Assembly (NCBI GenBank): GCA_032718475.1
Contig: JAUCBJ010003522.1
Span: 1 to 33,882, forward strand
From: Nemertoderma westbladi
Lineage: Eukaryota; Animalia; Xenacoelomorpha
Direction: 5' to 3'
Length of the DNA: 33,882 bases
Position numbers and translations under genes: made by a program. Shown here one piece after another: positions 20,991-33,882 of the stretch. The notes below the pieces were generated by a model, which had not been told where the DNA came from, searched no databases, and saw only the letters and a list, made by a program, of their open reading frames with translations. The stretch's first letter is position 1. Each line of letters begins with the position of its first letter.

Positions 20991-22479
20991 CGGGACATCC
21001 CTATTTGTAAGCACCACTGTCCACAGCAAAAAAGAACATCAAAAACACAAAAATTTCTATATATTTTGCTATTTTCGGAAACAGCGCCAACATTCTGCTG
21101 TAACAAAAGCAAAAAAAGAAGATCACTTGTGAAAAGTGTTCACTTATTGGTGCTTGTTTGGTCATTTATCTCGCATTGGCTTTTTTGGAACACTTTATCT
21201 ATCCACTTATTAACTACTCAAAGTACTCACGTCTCACACTACTCAACTGATTTTCGTTATGTTTGCAGAATTATGTAGTTCTGTTTGCAAAAATGGCATT
21301 GACAGAATTTTTATAAAAGTAATTGTTTAGTTGCGAAATAAAAAATATCGAAATTAGAACGAAAATTAATATTTGGTCGCCAAATTGGGAAGGCTGGGCC
21401 CACAAAGTGGAAAACAAAATCCAGCATAATAATGACATAACAAAACGAAAAAATAACGTAACGAAAAAATGTCAAACGAAACTAAAAAAGAAATAAAAAT
21501 GTTTGTAAATAACGAAACGAAATGAAAAAACGAATTAATAGTGTTTCGTTAGTTAAATTTTTCGTTTCGTTTCGTTAAATTAAAAAGTTATTAATAATTA
21601 CGATATCAATTTATTAATATATTGAAATAATTGAAAAATTATAAATGATATTATATCCTTAATTACTGTAATGTAAACAGATTAAATTATTTCCTTCTAT
21701 ACAGCCAACCTTTATTGCCTACCAGTTTCCGTTACTATTGCAATACAAAAGATCTCGCCAAGCCATTTTCAGATTGGAAATCCTCATTAAATTATGCTCA
21801 ATTCCGTAGCATACAGGTATAATATGATGATAAAACACCAAGTCACTTGGCGAAATTTCAATTTTTAATTTTCTGCTAATAGTAAAAAACCGAAAGTCAA
21901 AAGACACAAATTTCATAAAACCTTTCTTAATCTTAATTATCAATGCAATAACATATTTCAATAAAACCGTATGTGCGTTTTCTTATTATCTATGCAATGA
22001 CAAAAAACCACAAGTCTTGTTGACTTACGGTTTTTTTTGCCTAAATTTAAATAGTTGCGATCTTTTGTATTGCACTTACGGTCTTTTACCTTTGTAACAT
22101 TCACTATATGCATACGCTAGGATACGGAGTGACTTAAGGCCTTTTTACATAGAATATCTCGAGAACTAAAGTAGATACGGTGTTCTCTATCATACCATTA
22201 GATCGAGCGCATTTTTTAGACTCAGGAAAAGTGAAAAATTAATTTTGGAAAAATGACACTTATGGTCTTTTCACATTGCACGGCAGATATGGCCTGACCA
22301 GACATATGGTAATCTACCAATGGCTGGTCAGGAGTAGAGTGCTCTCATCTCAAATTTGAGTGCACTCCACGGCGATCTACACCTGGCTGCAGAGTGCAGG
22401 GCATGGCCCAGTGGATGAGCTGCATAGCCAATGGTAGGTGCTTCATAGTATGTATGGGTGATGGGCCCCATATGTGACC

Positions 22480-23376
22480 CAACTGAGACTCCCACCCTGT
22501 GGAATGGCAAACCAGGGTGTGGTATTTGCCCCGAGAGCTGACTCGGCAAAAAAGCACCCCCCAACCCCCACTATGGATTACATTAGTAATGCTGAGGTCC
22601 GGCCACTAGAGGCCAGTGGAATTACCGGACACAATCGGCCTCACAGGCGTCAGTTATCTCCTGACCGGCTGCCTGTCTCACCGCCTACTGGAGAGAGAGC
22701 AGCCAACAATTCTTTCGAGTAGTCCCTTTCCTGATGACCTTTCTGGCCCAAACCCTGGGTCTCCACGGAGGCCAGATTGTGAGGGGGGGAGGGATTCTGG
22801 AGTTGGAGGCCACTCTCATGTTCCACCCCGACCAACCAAGCCATTGGTGAATCTGAGGCAAGTCACTAGACTAGCCTCAGTAAACACCCTAACACTCGGG
22901 TCCCCAATGCGACAAGGTGAGCTGACTGCCTTGGCAGATAAGCTTTCTCAGGAAGCAGGACAATTCGGTCTCGGACAATTCGGTCCCATTTATTTAGTGT
23001 TTTGGGACCGAATTGTCCGGCTTATCTTCTCATGTTCTAGAAGACTGGCTAAGAAGTTTCCTAAGGTGGTTCTGATTGTGTGCTACTCTCCAACTAGTGT
23101 TGCCCCTGTAGAGGAGATGTAAAATTTCTACCACAATCTACAAGCAGCTACTGATGGAGTTGATCAGCATGCATTCTTAACATTCCTGGGAGACTTTAAT
23201 GCAAGTCTGCATCAATCACCTACATCGCCCTGGGTCTATAACAATAGTGTTGACCGAAATGCAGTGAATCTTCAGGATTTATTCTCTATGGATTTCGGAT
23301 CTCTCACAGTTCAAGAACCGAACTGGAAAGCTACGGACTGCCAGTGCTCACAAGTCCCAGATAGACTATATTCTGT
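22480..23376 (+). mobile_element. Degenerate LINE 5' fragment (APE endonuclease, RTE-like)
   Basis: RLASVNTLTL, VCYSPTS, FLGDFNA and SQIDYIL motifs with stops; upstream GGAATGGCAAACC...GTATTTGCC resembles RTE 5'UTR motifs. Boundaries approximate. Confidence 0.7.
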
Positions 23377-23404
23377 TTCGTATTTTGTTTAAATTTAGAC
23401 TAAC

Positions 23405-23511
23405 CTTCCGGTCTTTACGTCCCAGATATTTACATTGTGATCGAAACTCGCAGTGATCAATTTGTCTCCCGAAGAATTAAAACAAACAGAAATAATTTCA
23501 GCTGAATGTCC
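23405..23511 (-). CDS. DAW1: DAW1 coding exon ([36 protein letters not shown])
   Basis: Acceptor ttttag, donor gttagt, WD40 repeat, phases consistent. Confidence 0.93.
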
Positions 23512-23610
23512 CTAAAATGAAAGAGAAGGAAATGTAACAATGATGTTATATTATTTATATACAAAGGTATTATTACTTTTGAAACAAATTAATTAAATAT
23601 ATTAACATAC

Positions 23611-23818
23611 CGAGAGATTAGAGACCAACTCCCCAGACTCTACGCTCCATAGCTTTGCCGTTTGATCCATTGACCCGGTAGCTACCAATGTACTCTGGGG
23701 GTTGAAACAGACGGTCACTATCTCAGCGCTGTGTCCTTTGAAGGTATGAAAATTCTTTCCAGTTTCGGAAGACCAAAGTTTCGCTGTTTTATCGAAAGAC
23801 CCGGTACAAATCTTATCC
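23611..23818 (-). CDS. DAW1: DAW1 coding exon ([70 protein letters not shown])
   Basis: Acceptor aag, donor gtatgt; continues NNPYG|DK as in DAW1. Confidence 0.93.
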
Positions 23819-24034
23819 CTTTAACATTTAAATAAATTATTATTGTTTGTGTGAAAAACGAGAAGAAAGGAAAAACAAATAAAATTACGTTAGACGATAT
23901 TAATAGCATCAAGACGAAGCTGACATGACAAAATACAGTATCTAGTTTAGTACAATTTCCGTCAATTGCCCTTCAAGTGGTGTAACAATTATGTGTAAAC
24001 CAGAACTCAAACCAAAAGTTATCAAATCAACAGA

Positions 24035-24726
24035 GTCCTATATGGTCCTTCAGACACGATTGGCGTCCTATATGGTCCTTCAGACAGGATTGGCGTCCTA
24101 TATGGTCCTTCAGACACGATTGGCGTCCTATATGGTCCTTCAGACAGGATTGGCGTCCTATATGGTCCTTCAGACAGGATTGGCGTCCTATATGGTCCTT
24201 CAGACAGGATTGGCGTCCTATATGGTCCTTCAGACAGGATTGGCGTCCTATATGGTCCTTCAGACAGGATTGGCGTCCTATATGGTCCTTCAGACAGGAT
24301 TGGCGTTCTATATGGTCCTTCAGACAGGATTGGCGTCCTATATGGTCCTTCAGACAGGATTGGCGTCCTATATGGTCCTTCAGACAGGATTGGCGTCCTA
24401 TATGGTCCTTCAGACAGGATTGGCGTCCTATATGGTCCTTCAGACAGGATTGGCGTCCTATATGGTCCTTCAGACAGGATTGGCGTCCTATATGGTCCTT
24501 CAGACAGGATTGGCGTCCTATATGGTCCTTCAGACAGGATTGGCGTCCTATATGGTCCTTCAGACAGGATTGGCGTCCTATATGGTCCTTCAGACAGGAT
24601 TGGCGTCCTATATGGTCCTTCAGACAGGATTGGCGTCCTATATGGTCCTTCAGACAGGATTGGCGTCCTATATGGTCCTTCAGACAGGATTGGCGTCCTA
24701 TATGGTCCTTCAGAGAGGATTGGCGT
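24035..24726. repeat. 30-bp minisatellite (~23 near-identical units, gtcctatatggtccttcagacaggattggc)
   Basis: Period 30 seen directly. Confidence 0.97.
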
Positions 24727-24857
24727 ATTTTTTGGTATTTTATTTCGTTCCAGACACACCAATAGAAGAGATTGTATGATCGGTGTCGGAAGCTCTGACT
24801 CATACTAATCCGGACCTAACATTGGTAGATGGGGGCGATTTTAATTGCCGAATAGGC

Positions 24858-24922
24858 GGATTGTTGAAGGACAAACGTAAGTTAACTGACCCGTAAGGAT
24901 TGTTGAAGGACAAACGTAAGTT
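24858..24922 (-). repeat. Tandem copies (39-bp period) of the 3' end and donor of DAW1 exon 28184-28306
   Basis: 24881-24915 matches 28174-28208 at 34/35 nt. Confidence 0.9.
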
Positions 24923-25218
24923 GTCACCTTTTACTCCCAGTTATCATCTAGTTATCCCCCATGGTAAAATAACTATTAGTTCTATGATGGGTAACCTGGC
25001 AACCCAGTTATCCACCCATGGGAAGATAACTATTAGTTCTATAGGTAACATGGCAACCATTATTACATCAGGCAGCAGTTTCCAGAAACTCTTCTGTAGG
25101 TACAGTACCGGTATCAGCAATATTAGAGCTAGTTTCAGTTTGCGTACCAGTATACCGGTACTGACGGACGAGCAGACAGTAGGCGCCAACCTTTTTCGTT
25201 AACAATAGTTGAATAAAA

Positions 25219-25309
25219 ATCAAGGTGTACTAATGAAATAACTTATTTATTAAATAACTTATTTATTAAATAAGTTATTTATTAAATAAGTTATTTAGTA
25301 CACCTTGAT
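25219..25309. repeat. AT-rich palindrome
   Basis: atcaaggtgtactaa ... ttagtacaccttgat with internal aaataacttattt/aaataagttattt repeats. Confidence 0.8.
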
Positions 25310-25458
25310 AAAAATTTACAAAAGTTATCCAAACATCTCAAAAGTATTTCAGTTTGCAGTCATCCGATTGGTTGTTACAGTTACAGTATAGTTCTGATGT
25401 TCGCTTTAATCGGTTTTTCATACCATCAGGTTTGCTCACTAATATGCTACTACAATAA

Positions 25459-26579
25459 AGGCCGGTTTTGGCAACTTTTTGAGCAACTTGTCAGCAACTT
25501 GTAGAGCAACCCAGGTTGCCGCTCAAGTTATTGCTCCGTGTAAACGCGTAAGTTGCTGTAAAAAAGTTGCCGTAAAAGTTGCTTAAATTTGAAGGCAACT
25601 TAAGACAATTTGAGCAGTTGAATGGACGGAATAATATGAATAATCAAAAATTAAATATAATATTAGATGAAATCTGTTTTTTGGGAAGAATTCCATGGTT
25701 GTTTATTGTTCACCCACCCCACTTGAATGTTATTCTTCTATCTATGCCATGTCTGACTGAGCTATGCCTTTATTGTTGTTCTATATTCACTTTATTATTA
25801 TGGAATACAGTACCGGTGTTGGTATACATACACTAGGGCTGGCCTACCCTTGCAGATTGCAGAGAATGATTGTTTAAAAAATTCGAATAATTCCTTATGT
25901 TCCGAAATTGCCAACCATGAACCTTGAGGTTTCGATGTTTCCTTGATATATTCGGGTTACAAAAAATAAAACTGAAGTAAAGTAAATTTTCTTCGGCCGC
26001 TAGGCCAGGGACGTACAAAGTCTGACGACTTATTTACAGTGCGGTCCCCCCAGAACTTTACTCCCCAGAGGAAACTCCAGTACTCATTAAGCTACCACTT
26101 AAGGATGCAAAGCAGAGATGCGCCCTGGCTGGTCCCTTTAAAGCGAAAACTGCCCTGGCCCATGTGAGGATCGAACCCACGACCTACAGGAGATGTGAAT
26201 TCAATGCGACCACTAAACCAAGGTGGAACACAAAACACAAACACTTCCATAAATGTAAATGACACCTGTAGCGAGTTCATTGTAGGGGGCCTACAGAATT
26301 TGTATAGAATTTACGATTATGATAATGTAAAATAGCGCGACAGAGGGAATCCGAGCGAAATGTTACATAATTATTGGGAGGCTGTGTAATAATGTAATAA
26401 TTGCCTAGTTTCTAAAGAGATAATTATTTTACATTAAATTCTCGACGTGGCTCAAAAAGTTGCCGGCCAAGTTGCTGGTAAAATTTCCACTTTTAAACTG
26501 CGAATAAATTAAGTTGATCCAAAAAAGTTGCTGGTTGCCGACAAAGTTGTTCAAAAAGTTGCCACGTTTAAACCGGCCT
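25459..26579. mobile_element. Non-autonomous DNA transposon, PIF/Harbinger-like
   Basis: Imperfect ~45-bp TIRs starting AGGCCGGTTT, flanked by TAA on both sides (25456-58 and 26580-82). Confidence 0.75.
26100..26229 (-). mobile_element. tRNA-derived SINE-like element nested in the MITE
   Basis: GTTCCACCTTGGTTTAGTGG...GGGTTCGATCC with A and B boxes; homologous to 9441-9594. Confidence 0.72.
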
Positions 26580-26710
26580 TAATGTCTGACATGCAGTTAT
26601 CAGAATGTACCCACAATGATTGCTCGTTTGTTGTTTTGGTTATTGTTGATAGTCAAGCGCAAAACATAATTAAAACTGCCATGTAACCCTAAGTCATAAT
26701 TTAATAAATT

Positions 26711-26789
26711 TAGTGGAATTTCGGACATTATTGCCATATCTACTGTAGATTTCTTAGATTTAATGGCAATAATGTCTGAAATTCCGCTA
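26711..26789. repeat. Short inverted repeat (27-bp arms)
   Basis: tagtggaatttcggacattattgccat ... atggcaataatgtctgaaattccgcta. Confidence 0.75.
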
Positions 26790-26989
26790 TAAATCGGTTA
26801 GGTTGACTGCACGTCGTACATGTCACATTTAATTACGGTTTGGGCCGTCACTCTGTAGCCTGCATGTTTACTTTTTGGTGGAAAAAAATACCTCCTACCT
26901 AAAATTTACCAGTATGATATTTTCTAAAATATTCTCAATTTAAATAGTATAAGCGTATAGACCGGTTCACAAAGACTTCGTGGTGTCAT

Positions 26990-27776
26990 GTGAGCGCGGT
27001 GAGAGTGCGGTGAGAATGCGGTGAGAGTGCGGTGAGAGTGCGGTGAGAGTGCGGTGTGAGTGCGGTGAGAGTGCGGTGAGAGTGCGGTGAGAGTGCGGTG
27101 CGAGTGCGGTGAGAGTGCGGTGTGAGCGCGGTGAGAGTGCGGTGTGAGTGCGGTGAGAGTGCGGTGAGAGTGCGGTGAGAGTGCGGTGAGAGTGCGGTGA
27201 GGGTGCGGTGAGAGTGCGGTGAGCGTGCGGTGAGAGTGCTGTGAGAGTGCGGTGAGAGTGCGGTGAGAGTGCGGTGAGAGTGCGGTGCGAGTGGAGTGCG
27301 GTGAGAGTGCGGTGTGACGGCGGTGAGAGTGCGGTGAGAGTGCGGTGAGAGTGCGGTGCGAGTGCGGTGAGAGTGCGGTGAGAGTGCGGTGAGAGTGCGG
27401 TGAAAGTGCGGTTAGAGTGCGGTGAGAGTGCGGTGAGAGCGCAGTGAGAGCACGGTGAGAGCGCGGTGAGAGTGCGGTGAGAGTGCGGTGAGAGTGCGGT
27501 GAGAGTGCGGTGAGAGTGCGCTGAGAGTGCGGTTAGAGTGCGGTGAGAGTGCGGTGAGAGCGCAGTGAGAGCACGGTGAGAGCGCGGTGAGAGTGCGGTG
27601 AGAGTGCGGTGAGAGTGCGGTGAGAGTTCGGTGAGAGTGCGGTGAGAGTGCGGTGAGAGTGCGGTTAGAGTGCGGTGAGAGTGCGGTGAGAGCGCAGTGA
27701 GAGCACGGTGAGAGCGCGGTGAGAGTGCGGTGAGAGTGCGGTGAGAGTGCGGTGAGAGTGCGGTGAGAGTGCGGTG
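26990..27776. repeat. 11-bp minisatellite (gagagtgcggt, ~70 units)
   Basis: Seen directly; its translation repeats every 11 aa (3 units). Confidence 0.97.
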
Positions 27777-28183
27777 CCGGTTACTCACAGCGTTTTGTTT
27801 TTGGATACAACGTTTCGAGAACGCGGCAGGGAAATTTTCAGTAATATCTCAATTTTTGAATAAAATTACCTTCTATACCGCCACACCCTTTCCTTACTTA
27901 AGTTAGGATGGATTATATAAATGTATTAATTTATATTCGAAGATCAACGTAAAACCAGTACAATTAGTTATCTTCCACGGATAAATAATTAATGTAAATG
28001 TTTATGATTGTATCCCCAAAATTTCCATGCCCAATTTTTATTCTTAGTCCCCCAAACAAAACCCTTTTAGAAAAGTTGGGTTGTCAGAACCTATGGCGTG
28101 TAGAGTTCGGGTGACAACATATTTATCACCCAGTTATTTAGTTATTTTACGAGTTATTTATAATATAAATAATGTTAACTAAC

Positions 28184-28306
28184 CCGTAAGGATTGTTGAA
28201 GGACAAACAATAGACAACGTTTTTATGTCCCTCCAACGAATGAACCTCTTCTCCACTCGCCGAGTCCCACACCTTGCAGGTCCGATCGTAACTACCGGTG
28301 ACGAAA
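28184..28306 (-). CDS. DAW1: DAW1 coding exon ([42 protein letters not shown])
   Basis: Acceptor ttttatag, donor gttagt; matches recalled DAW1 [20 protein letters not shown]...NNPYG. Confidence 0.95.
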
Positions 28307-29750
28307 CTATAAAACGATAAAATATTAGATCGATTGAATAAAGTAAAACACAAACTGTGGATATAAATAATTATAGTTGGTGTTCAGAAGAGGTGAAGTG
28401 GGGAAATCAAAAGTGAACGGGAGAATTGAGTGCACTCGAATCGAAGAGACGAGCTCCTCCAGAGGCGTCTCTATCCGCTGATGGAAATCAGTGCTTCCAA
28501 TCAGCACCCCCGCAGTGTTCACCAGCAGTCACCACACGAGTGTACAGCTACCACTCGTTCATTTAGGTAACGAAAAGGGTTCTTAAAAATACAATTTTTT
28601 AATTATCCATGATGTTTAGTTGTTTATTATTTGTTTTTTTTAATGAATTTTTTTTTCAAAATGTATTTTTTATTATTTTTCTCAAGAAGGCATTTTTCTG
28701 ATAAAAATTATATTTTGAATTGCAGTAGTTAAAGTAGAAGTTAGTACCGGTACTTTTCTGTTTACTCCACCTGTACTCCGAGTCTGAGCAGCAACAAGCT
28801 CCTCCAGAATACCCGAGGCGTGTCAAATTCGCTGATGAAGCGCCTGCGCCTCCAAAGCACGGCCGCAATGAGGCCTGAGAGCAGCGTACAGCACAGCTAT
28901 CATGGGGGGTGGCGGCAGCTGATGTGGAGGAAAGGAGGACGACGATGAGGAGAGTGGGGAGTGGCGAGGTGGAAAAAGGGGAGAGGGAAGTCGAGGATAA
29001 GTTCTACTTTAAACTGAGTTGAAATTTCAACTTTTTTTTATATTCAACCTTTGGAGTAGGTTTGGAGTTTGGACTGTTGGAATCTATAAGTAGGTAGAAT
29101 CTGATTCAGGGAATCCATACTTCCATTATTCCATTATAATAATTTTGACGTACAGCGGTAATAATTTAATAGGTCCAATAAATACAGTTAGTTTCCAAAT
29201 GTAAATCAGTTAGTTTCCAAATGTAAATTCTCCATCGGTAATGAATCGGTTAATTAATCGAGTTACATCCATAAAAACAATAAAAACACCCATTCTGTAA
29301 CACATTGGGGGCCTTCTGCCATTTTAGAGTTGAATTTACAACCTAAAGTTGAAATTAGAAAAAAGATTTAAATTTCAACTCAGATGGAATTTTAACTTCT
29401 TCCCGACTGGAGTGGTGAGGAATAGTCGAGAACATGACTAATAAATTGAGACTAATGTAATACTTAATTAATAATACTTATAGAGTATTTAATGAACTAT
29501 AGGCATATTGTAGGCCTACGTTTTCTTTTTTTCATGCCCAAACTATTTAGTCTGTTTTTTGAGAACTATAGTCTGATTCTGATACGATAGTGTTTTTTTT
29601 ATGCCTTTTTTTACCGGATAATAATAATAAAAAAAACACAAAACAGTGTTTCATATAAATTAAAACAATTGTTTTTCTTGTAAATGTTTTTTTAAACCCG
29701 ACTTCGTACTCAACGAGCTAAAACATGTCAATGTGCGTAATGAAGCTGAC

Positions 29751-29954
29751 CTGGAACCTGATTTATTGAAGGCGACGTTAGTTAGCGGCAGAATGTGGGC
29801 TCGAAGAACTTTAAATAAATAGAACGTGCGGTCTTCTTGTTGTATTAGTTTCTGTTGAAGTCTTTGGATTAATTGTTGAACCTGATTAACTCTGGACGCC
29901 GTTATAAGAGGCTCCTTAATCATTATTTCCTGGATCAACTGATCCACATTGGTA
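29751..29954 (-). CDS. DAW1: DAW1 coding exon ([10 protein letters not shown]...[24 protein letters not shown])
   Basis: Acceptor ttgcag, donor gtcagc; [16 protein letters not shown] is characteristic of DAW1/ODA16. Confidence 0.95.
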
Positions 29955-30232
29955 CTGCAACAAATATAATTAAAGATAAACCATATAAAAATATAATTTT
30001 ACTTTACGGAAGTCATCGGGTATCGCAAGTCAATTGAAATTTCGAATATAAAATATTAAAAATCATAAATTTACGAATTCATATTTGTCCGGTTTTCATG
30101 ATTTCTAGTTATATTTCCCGGATTCATGCCGGGTTCAACTGATCTGTTTGTTTAACTATCGGTAGTTTAGTTAGTTATAACCTTATATGATTCAGTACAA
30201 CAATACTCGAACCTAAGATAATAAATACTTAC

Positions 30233-30305
30233 TCAGAACGCAAATCCAACAAGTCGATAGACTTTGTTTTCAGATTACCAGACTGTTCATATTCCAGGAT
30301 AATTC
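30233..30305 (-). CDS. DAW1: DAW1 coding exon ([25 protein letters not shown])
   Basis: Acceptor tttttag, donor gtaagt; matches recalled [22 protein letters not shown]. Confidence 0.93.
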
Positions 30306-32408
30306 CTAAAAAAAAGCCAGAATATCTGGATTAAACAGTAATTAGAGTGAGTTAGCGATTCGTAGTCGTAGGTTATAAAAGGTAACATTCACATATAAAC
30401 TCCTACGCCACATTGATTTCAGAAATACTAAATGACAGTTAATTGCGGTTGAGGCTTGCTTGCCCATTAGAGGCGGGGGTTGTTGTGGTATTATGGTCGC
30501 AATCCAGTCCAGGTAGATCAACATTAACAACGGTAATGGAGAGGAAGAGCTATCGTAAACCTGTTTGGGGGCCTCCACATAATATAAGTATCACACGCCA
30601 TAAACCATTTGAGGACAAGTCTCGAGCAGGTTTCAAAGGCAGGCTTGTCTAACCAAAACAATAAACGGCCACTTTACCAATTGAGGGAAATGAGCAGGTT
30701 ACAGAAGCGGGCCTTTCTAATCAAAACAATAAACGACCACTTTACCAATTGAGGGAAACCATATGGTCAGACAGTCAGTAGTCGTAGTAAACTTACAACG
30801 TAGTAAAATACAACAATAAGGTAAGACATAAAACATATATAACATAAGATAACATAACAGGTACAACATAAAACTGCAAAACAAATGCAGAGATGGTCCA
30901 ACTGTCAACACTGCACCGGTAGGCCTACTGTAGCAGCTAGCATACTCTATGCACTGTTCTATTACTGCAGTACTGTAGGTCTACTGCAGGTGGAGGCCCT
31001 GAAACACGTTAGTCCTGTACAACACTGCAACACCATTCAGCCAATACCTGATTATTCATTTCATTACCGGACTAACGCCTCCGGTGGCTATAATTAAAAT
31101 GGTAGGACCATAATAAGATATATAACAACAGCAAGTAAAACTGGTCAGACAATAATTGTGAACCAATTGAACGAATAGAACGGATTGAAACAGTTGTGAA
31201 ATGTCCAATTTAATTTTATACGGGACTCCTGCGGCTGAAATGGTAGGACTAAATAATATATAACAGCGGGTAAAATACTGAAATAATAAATTAGATCAAA
31301 CAATAAACTGATAAATTCAGCGATAGAATCGAATAAAATAAAATCTAGTCTAAAATCTGATGCACATGACAGCATGACGCTAGCATAGTTCAGTAATAGG
31401 TAGTCATGTTCAGTCGTGTCGTGATGAGTGAGAGATTGTGTCCATAGTATTTGTATCTGTTTCTATTTAATCTCAAGAATACCTGTCAATCGAATCGCAC
31501 CAACTGACCAATAATACCTCCTGCCCTGCATCTCGCGTTCATAATAATATTATTTTAATAAAAACCGACACAATTAATAACGGGTCATTCCATGCTAATT
31601 CGACCAATCGGTGTGGCAAGGCTGCAAGGGTCGGAAATTTTTGACGAAATTTTAACCACTTATCAATTCTAGTGAAAAAACGATGTGGTGAAAATTTCAG
31701 CCGATTTGGTTTAGCCATTCTCGAAATATTGATGTTTTAAATTTGGCGAAATTCCAAAAACCAGTGAAGTACATTATTTGAAGTGGTGTCTACAGTTGAT
31801 CTGATTATCAGTTTAATGTTAATTGTATGTGATTCTAAATAAACGATGCCTGAACTTCAATATTTTTATTACTAAATGAATAAACTATTAATCAGAAAGT
31901 TGTCAGACGATTTCAAAGTTGCCTCGAAAATGCGAATTTTTGAAAAATGTCCACATTTGAGACCTCAGTACATTAGTCTGACAACTAGTTTATCTGTTAT
32001 TTTAGTTTTCCCGGTTAGAGTGACTCATACTGATTCGAATCATATAACTTTAGTAGGTAAACTGATAATCAGATAGTCTGTATGACTGAATATCTGGGTG
32101 AAGAATCTGAAAAATGTCAAAAAATGCAATATTGGAGGCTCTGGTGGAGAGCTCTGATTAAAGCTATGTTCATGAGCTTTTTTACCTGACATCTTTGACA
32201 CAAAATGAGCGCCCATGTCAAAATTTGAAGAGTAAACTAGATGTTCTAGAGTGTGTATGACTCATTTTAAAATTCTCATAAATTAAAATTTTAAATGGTC
32301 CTCAAGGTGGTCTGACAATTAGTTTTTTGATAAAAATACATTTTTTCAAACGATATCCAGGCAGAAGACTATATTTCAAAATTTAAAGCAAAAACGAACA
32401 GTCAGACC

Positions 32409-33882
32409 CATTATCTGACCTACTATTGAATTATTTCGAGTAAGTATCTGATCACGTGATGCTCGAATTCTCGCTCGCTCGATATAAATCGATGTTATCC
32501 AACTATTATTATAATATAACAGTATAACAATACATTAATACGAAATATAAATCAAAACAGCCAGACAAACAAAATATAATTCGTTTTTGATGTTAAGTAA
32601 TAGTAGGCCAAATAATAATTAAAATTAATTAAAAATGCCGCAATACGGCAAGTTTTGGTAAATGGATACATTTTTCAAACGATGTAATAATGACAAAAAT
32701 ACGTCGTAATATAAAACAACAACAGCCAGACACATATATTATTAGTTCGGATTAGTATAAGAAATTAATTAGGCCCCTAGTATAAAAATCACAGCTGCTC
32801 ATTGGCCCAGAGCCGAATGCCTGTATGATGAGGCCTACTCTACTATGCTAAGTTAAGTGGGGTATCACAATAAAAAAATATTAAATTCGAATAGTACAGT
32901 ACATATAAATTTATCCGAACAGTATAAGGCCTTAATGAACTACACAATTCTCTAGTGTGACCTTCATTTATGAACTGATCAACAGTACTGGTATATAAAT
33001 TTTGGTCGGTTATTGCACAACAATACTGATAGTTTTTGTAACATGTACATATATTTTTCAATGATATACGGTAATTAATACAGTGATAATTTACTTAACT
33101 ACTCTTAAGCTGAACTAGTTTTATTGTTATATTTTTGAAAATTGTAATTTTTTATGTATTAATTACCGGTACCGTATATCATTGAAAAATATATGTACAT
33201 GTTACAAAAACTATAAACTATATATAGTATTGATAAAGTATAATATAAAACTATAAAGTATTGTTGTGCAATAACCGACCAAAATTTATATAACAGTACT
33301 GTTGATCAGTTCATAAATTAAGGTCAGACTAGAGATTTGTGTAGTTCATTAAGGCCTTATATTATTCGGATAAATTTACATGTAGTGTACTATTCGAATT
33401 TAATATTTTTTTTATTGTGATACCCCACTTAACTTAGCATAGAAGAGTAGGCCTCATCATACAGGCATTCGGCTCTGCCCTCTGGGCCAATGAGCAGCTG
33501 TTATTTTTATAGTAGGGGCCTAATTAATTTCTTATACTAATCCGAACTAATAATATATGTGTCTGGCTGTTGTTGTTTTATATTACGACGTATTTTTTTC
33601 ATTATTACATTGTTTGAAAAATGTATCCGTTTACCAAAACTTTCCATATTGCGGCATTTTTAATTAATTTTAATTATTATTTGGCCTACTATTACTTAAT
33701 ATCAAACACGAATTATATTTTGTTTGTCTGGCTGTTTTATTTATATTTGGAATTAATGTATTGTTATACTGTTATATTATAATAATAGTTGGATAAAATC
33801 GATTTATATCGAGCGAGCGAGAATTCGAGCAGCACGTGATCAGATACTTACTCGAAATAATTCAATAGTAGGTCAGATAATG
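32409..33882. repeat. Large inverted repeat (arms about 32409-33073 and 33170-33882+), foldback/DNA-transposon-like
   Basis: The window end ...tagtaggtcagataatg is the reverse complement of cattatctgacctacta at 32409; complementarity is traceable through the arms. Confidence 0.9.

Noticed and set aside
24043-24051. TGGTCCTTC in the 30-bp unit resembling a tRNA-Tyr PBS
   Set aside because: Only 9 nt and no adjacent LTR.
23991-24803. Three long repetitive ORFs
   Set aside because: By-product of a stop-free 30-bp unit inside a DAW1 intron.
26155-26229. tRNA gene (also 9510-9594)
   Set aside because: A and B boxes are present but there is no convincing cloverleaf, and the copies share a non-tRNA tail, so called SINE-like.
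26967-27788. 273-aa repetitive ORF
   Set aside because: Translation of an 11-bp minisatellite.
30648-30760. Short local duplications (also 24945-25060 and 31095-31280)
   Set aside because: Ordinary two-copy duplications; no match to any exon I identified.
31518-31542. Candidate DAW1 first exon (MNARCRAG-G, phase-1 donor)
   Set aside because: No similarity to the conserved LLRYYPPG N-terminus; the real first exon is probably outside the window.

Overview
Animal (invertebrate-type) genomic DNA, not prokaryotic. The whole window lies inside a minus-strand DAW1 (WDR69/ODA16) gene: six coding exons between 30305 and 7457 can be joined in frame with GT-AG sites, while the first and last exons were not found. 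Two related BEL/Pao LTR retrotransposons sit in its introns in the same orientation as the gene. Element A (1-2751) is the 5' part only. Element B (9595-20990) has both LTRs but lacks RT and has a broken gag. Main observations: (1) the 4.7 kb 25-bp satellite is a roughly 189-fold tandem amplification of the DAW1 exon end plus its G|GTAAGT splice donor, its two main variants are synonymous, and a second junction-derived repeat remnant exists for another exon. (2) The LTRs carry arrays of an unclassified ~80-nt structured-RNA-like module with a covarying outer helix, a pseudoknot, a kink-turn and a UUCG loop. (3) A second loop-E/GAAA hairpin from the LTR recurs at two frame-switch regions of the element, in reciprocal frames. 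(4) Element B has an extra ORF with a WRN/DEDDy-like exonuclease fold and CCHC knuckles. (5) A 63-aa ORF coupled to gag by ATGA is under purifying selection. Also present: SINEs, a LINE fragment, MITEs, minisatellites and a large inverted repeat. All calls were made by eye; no searches or folding programs were run.
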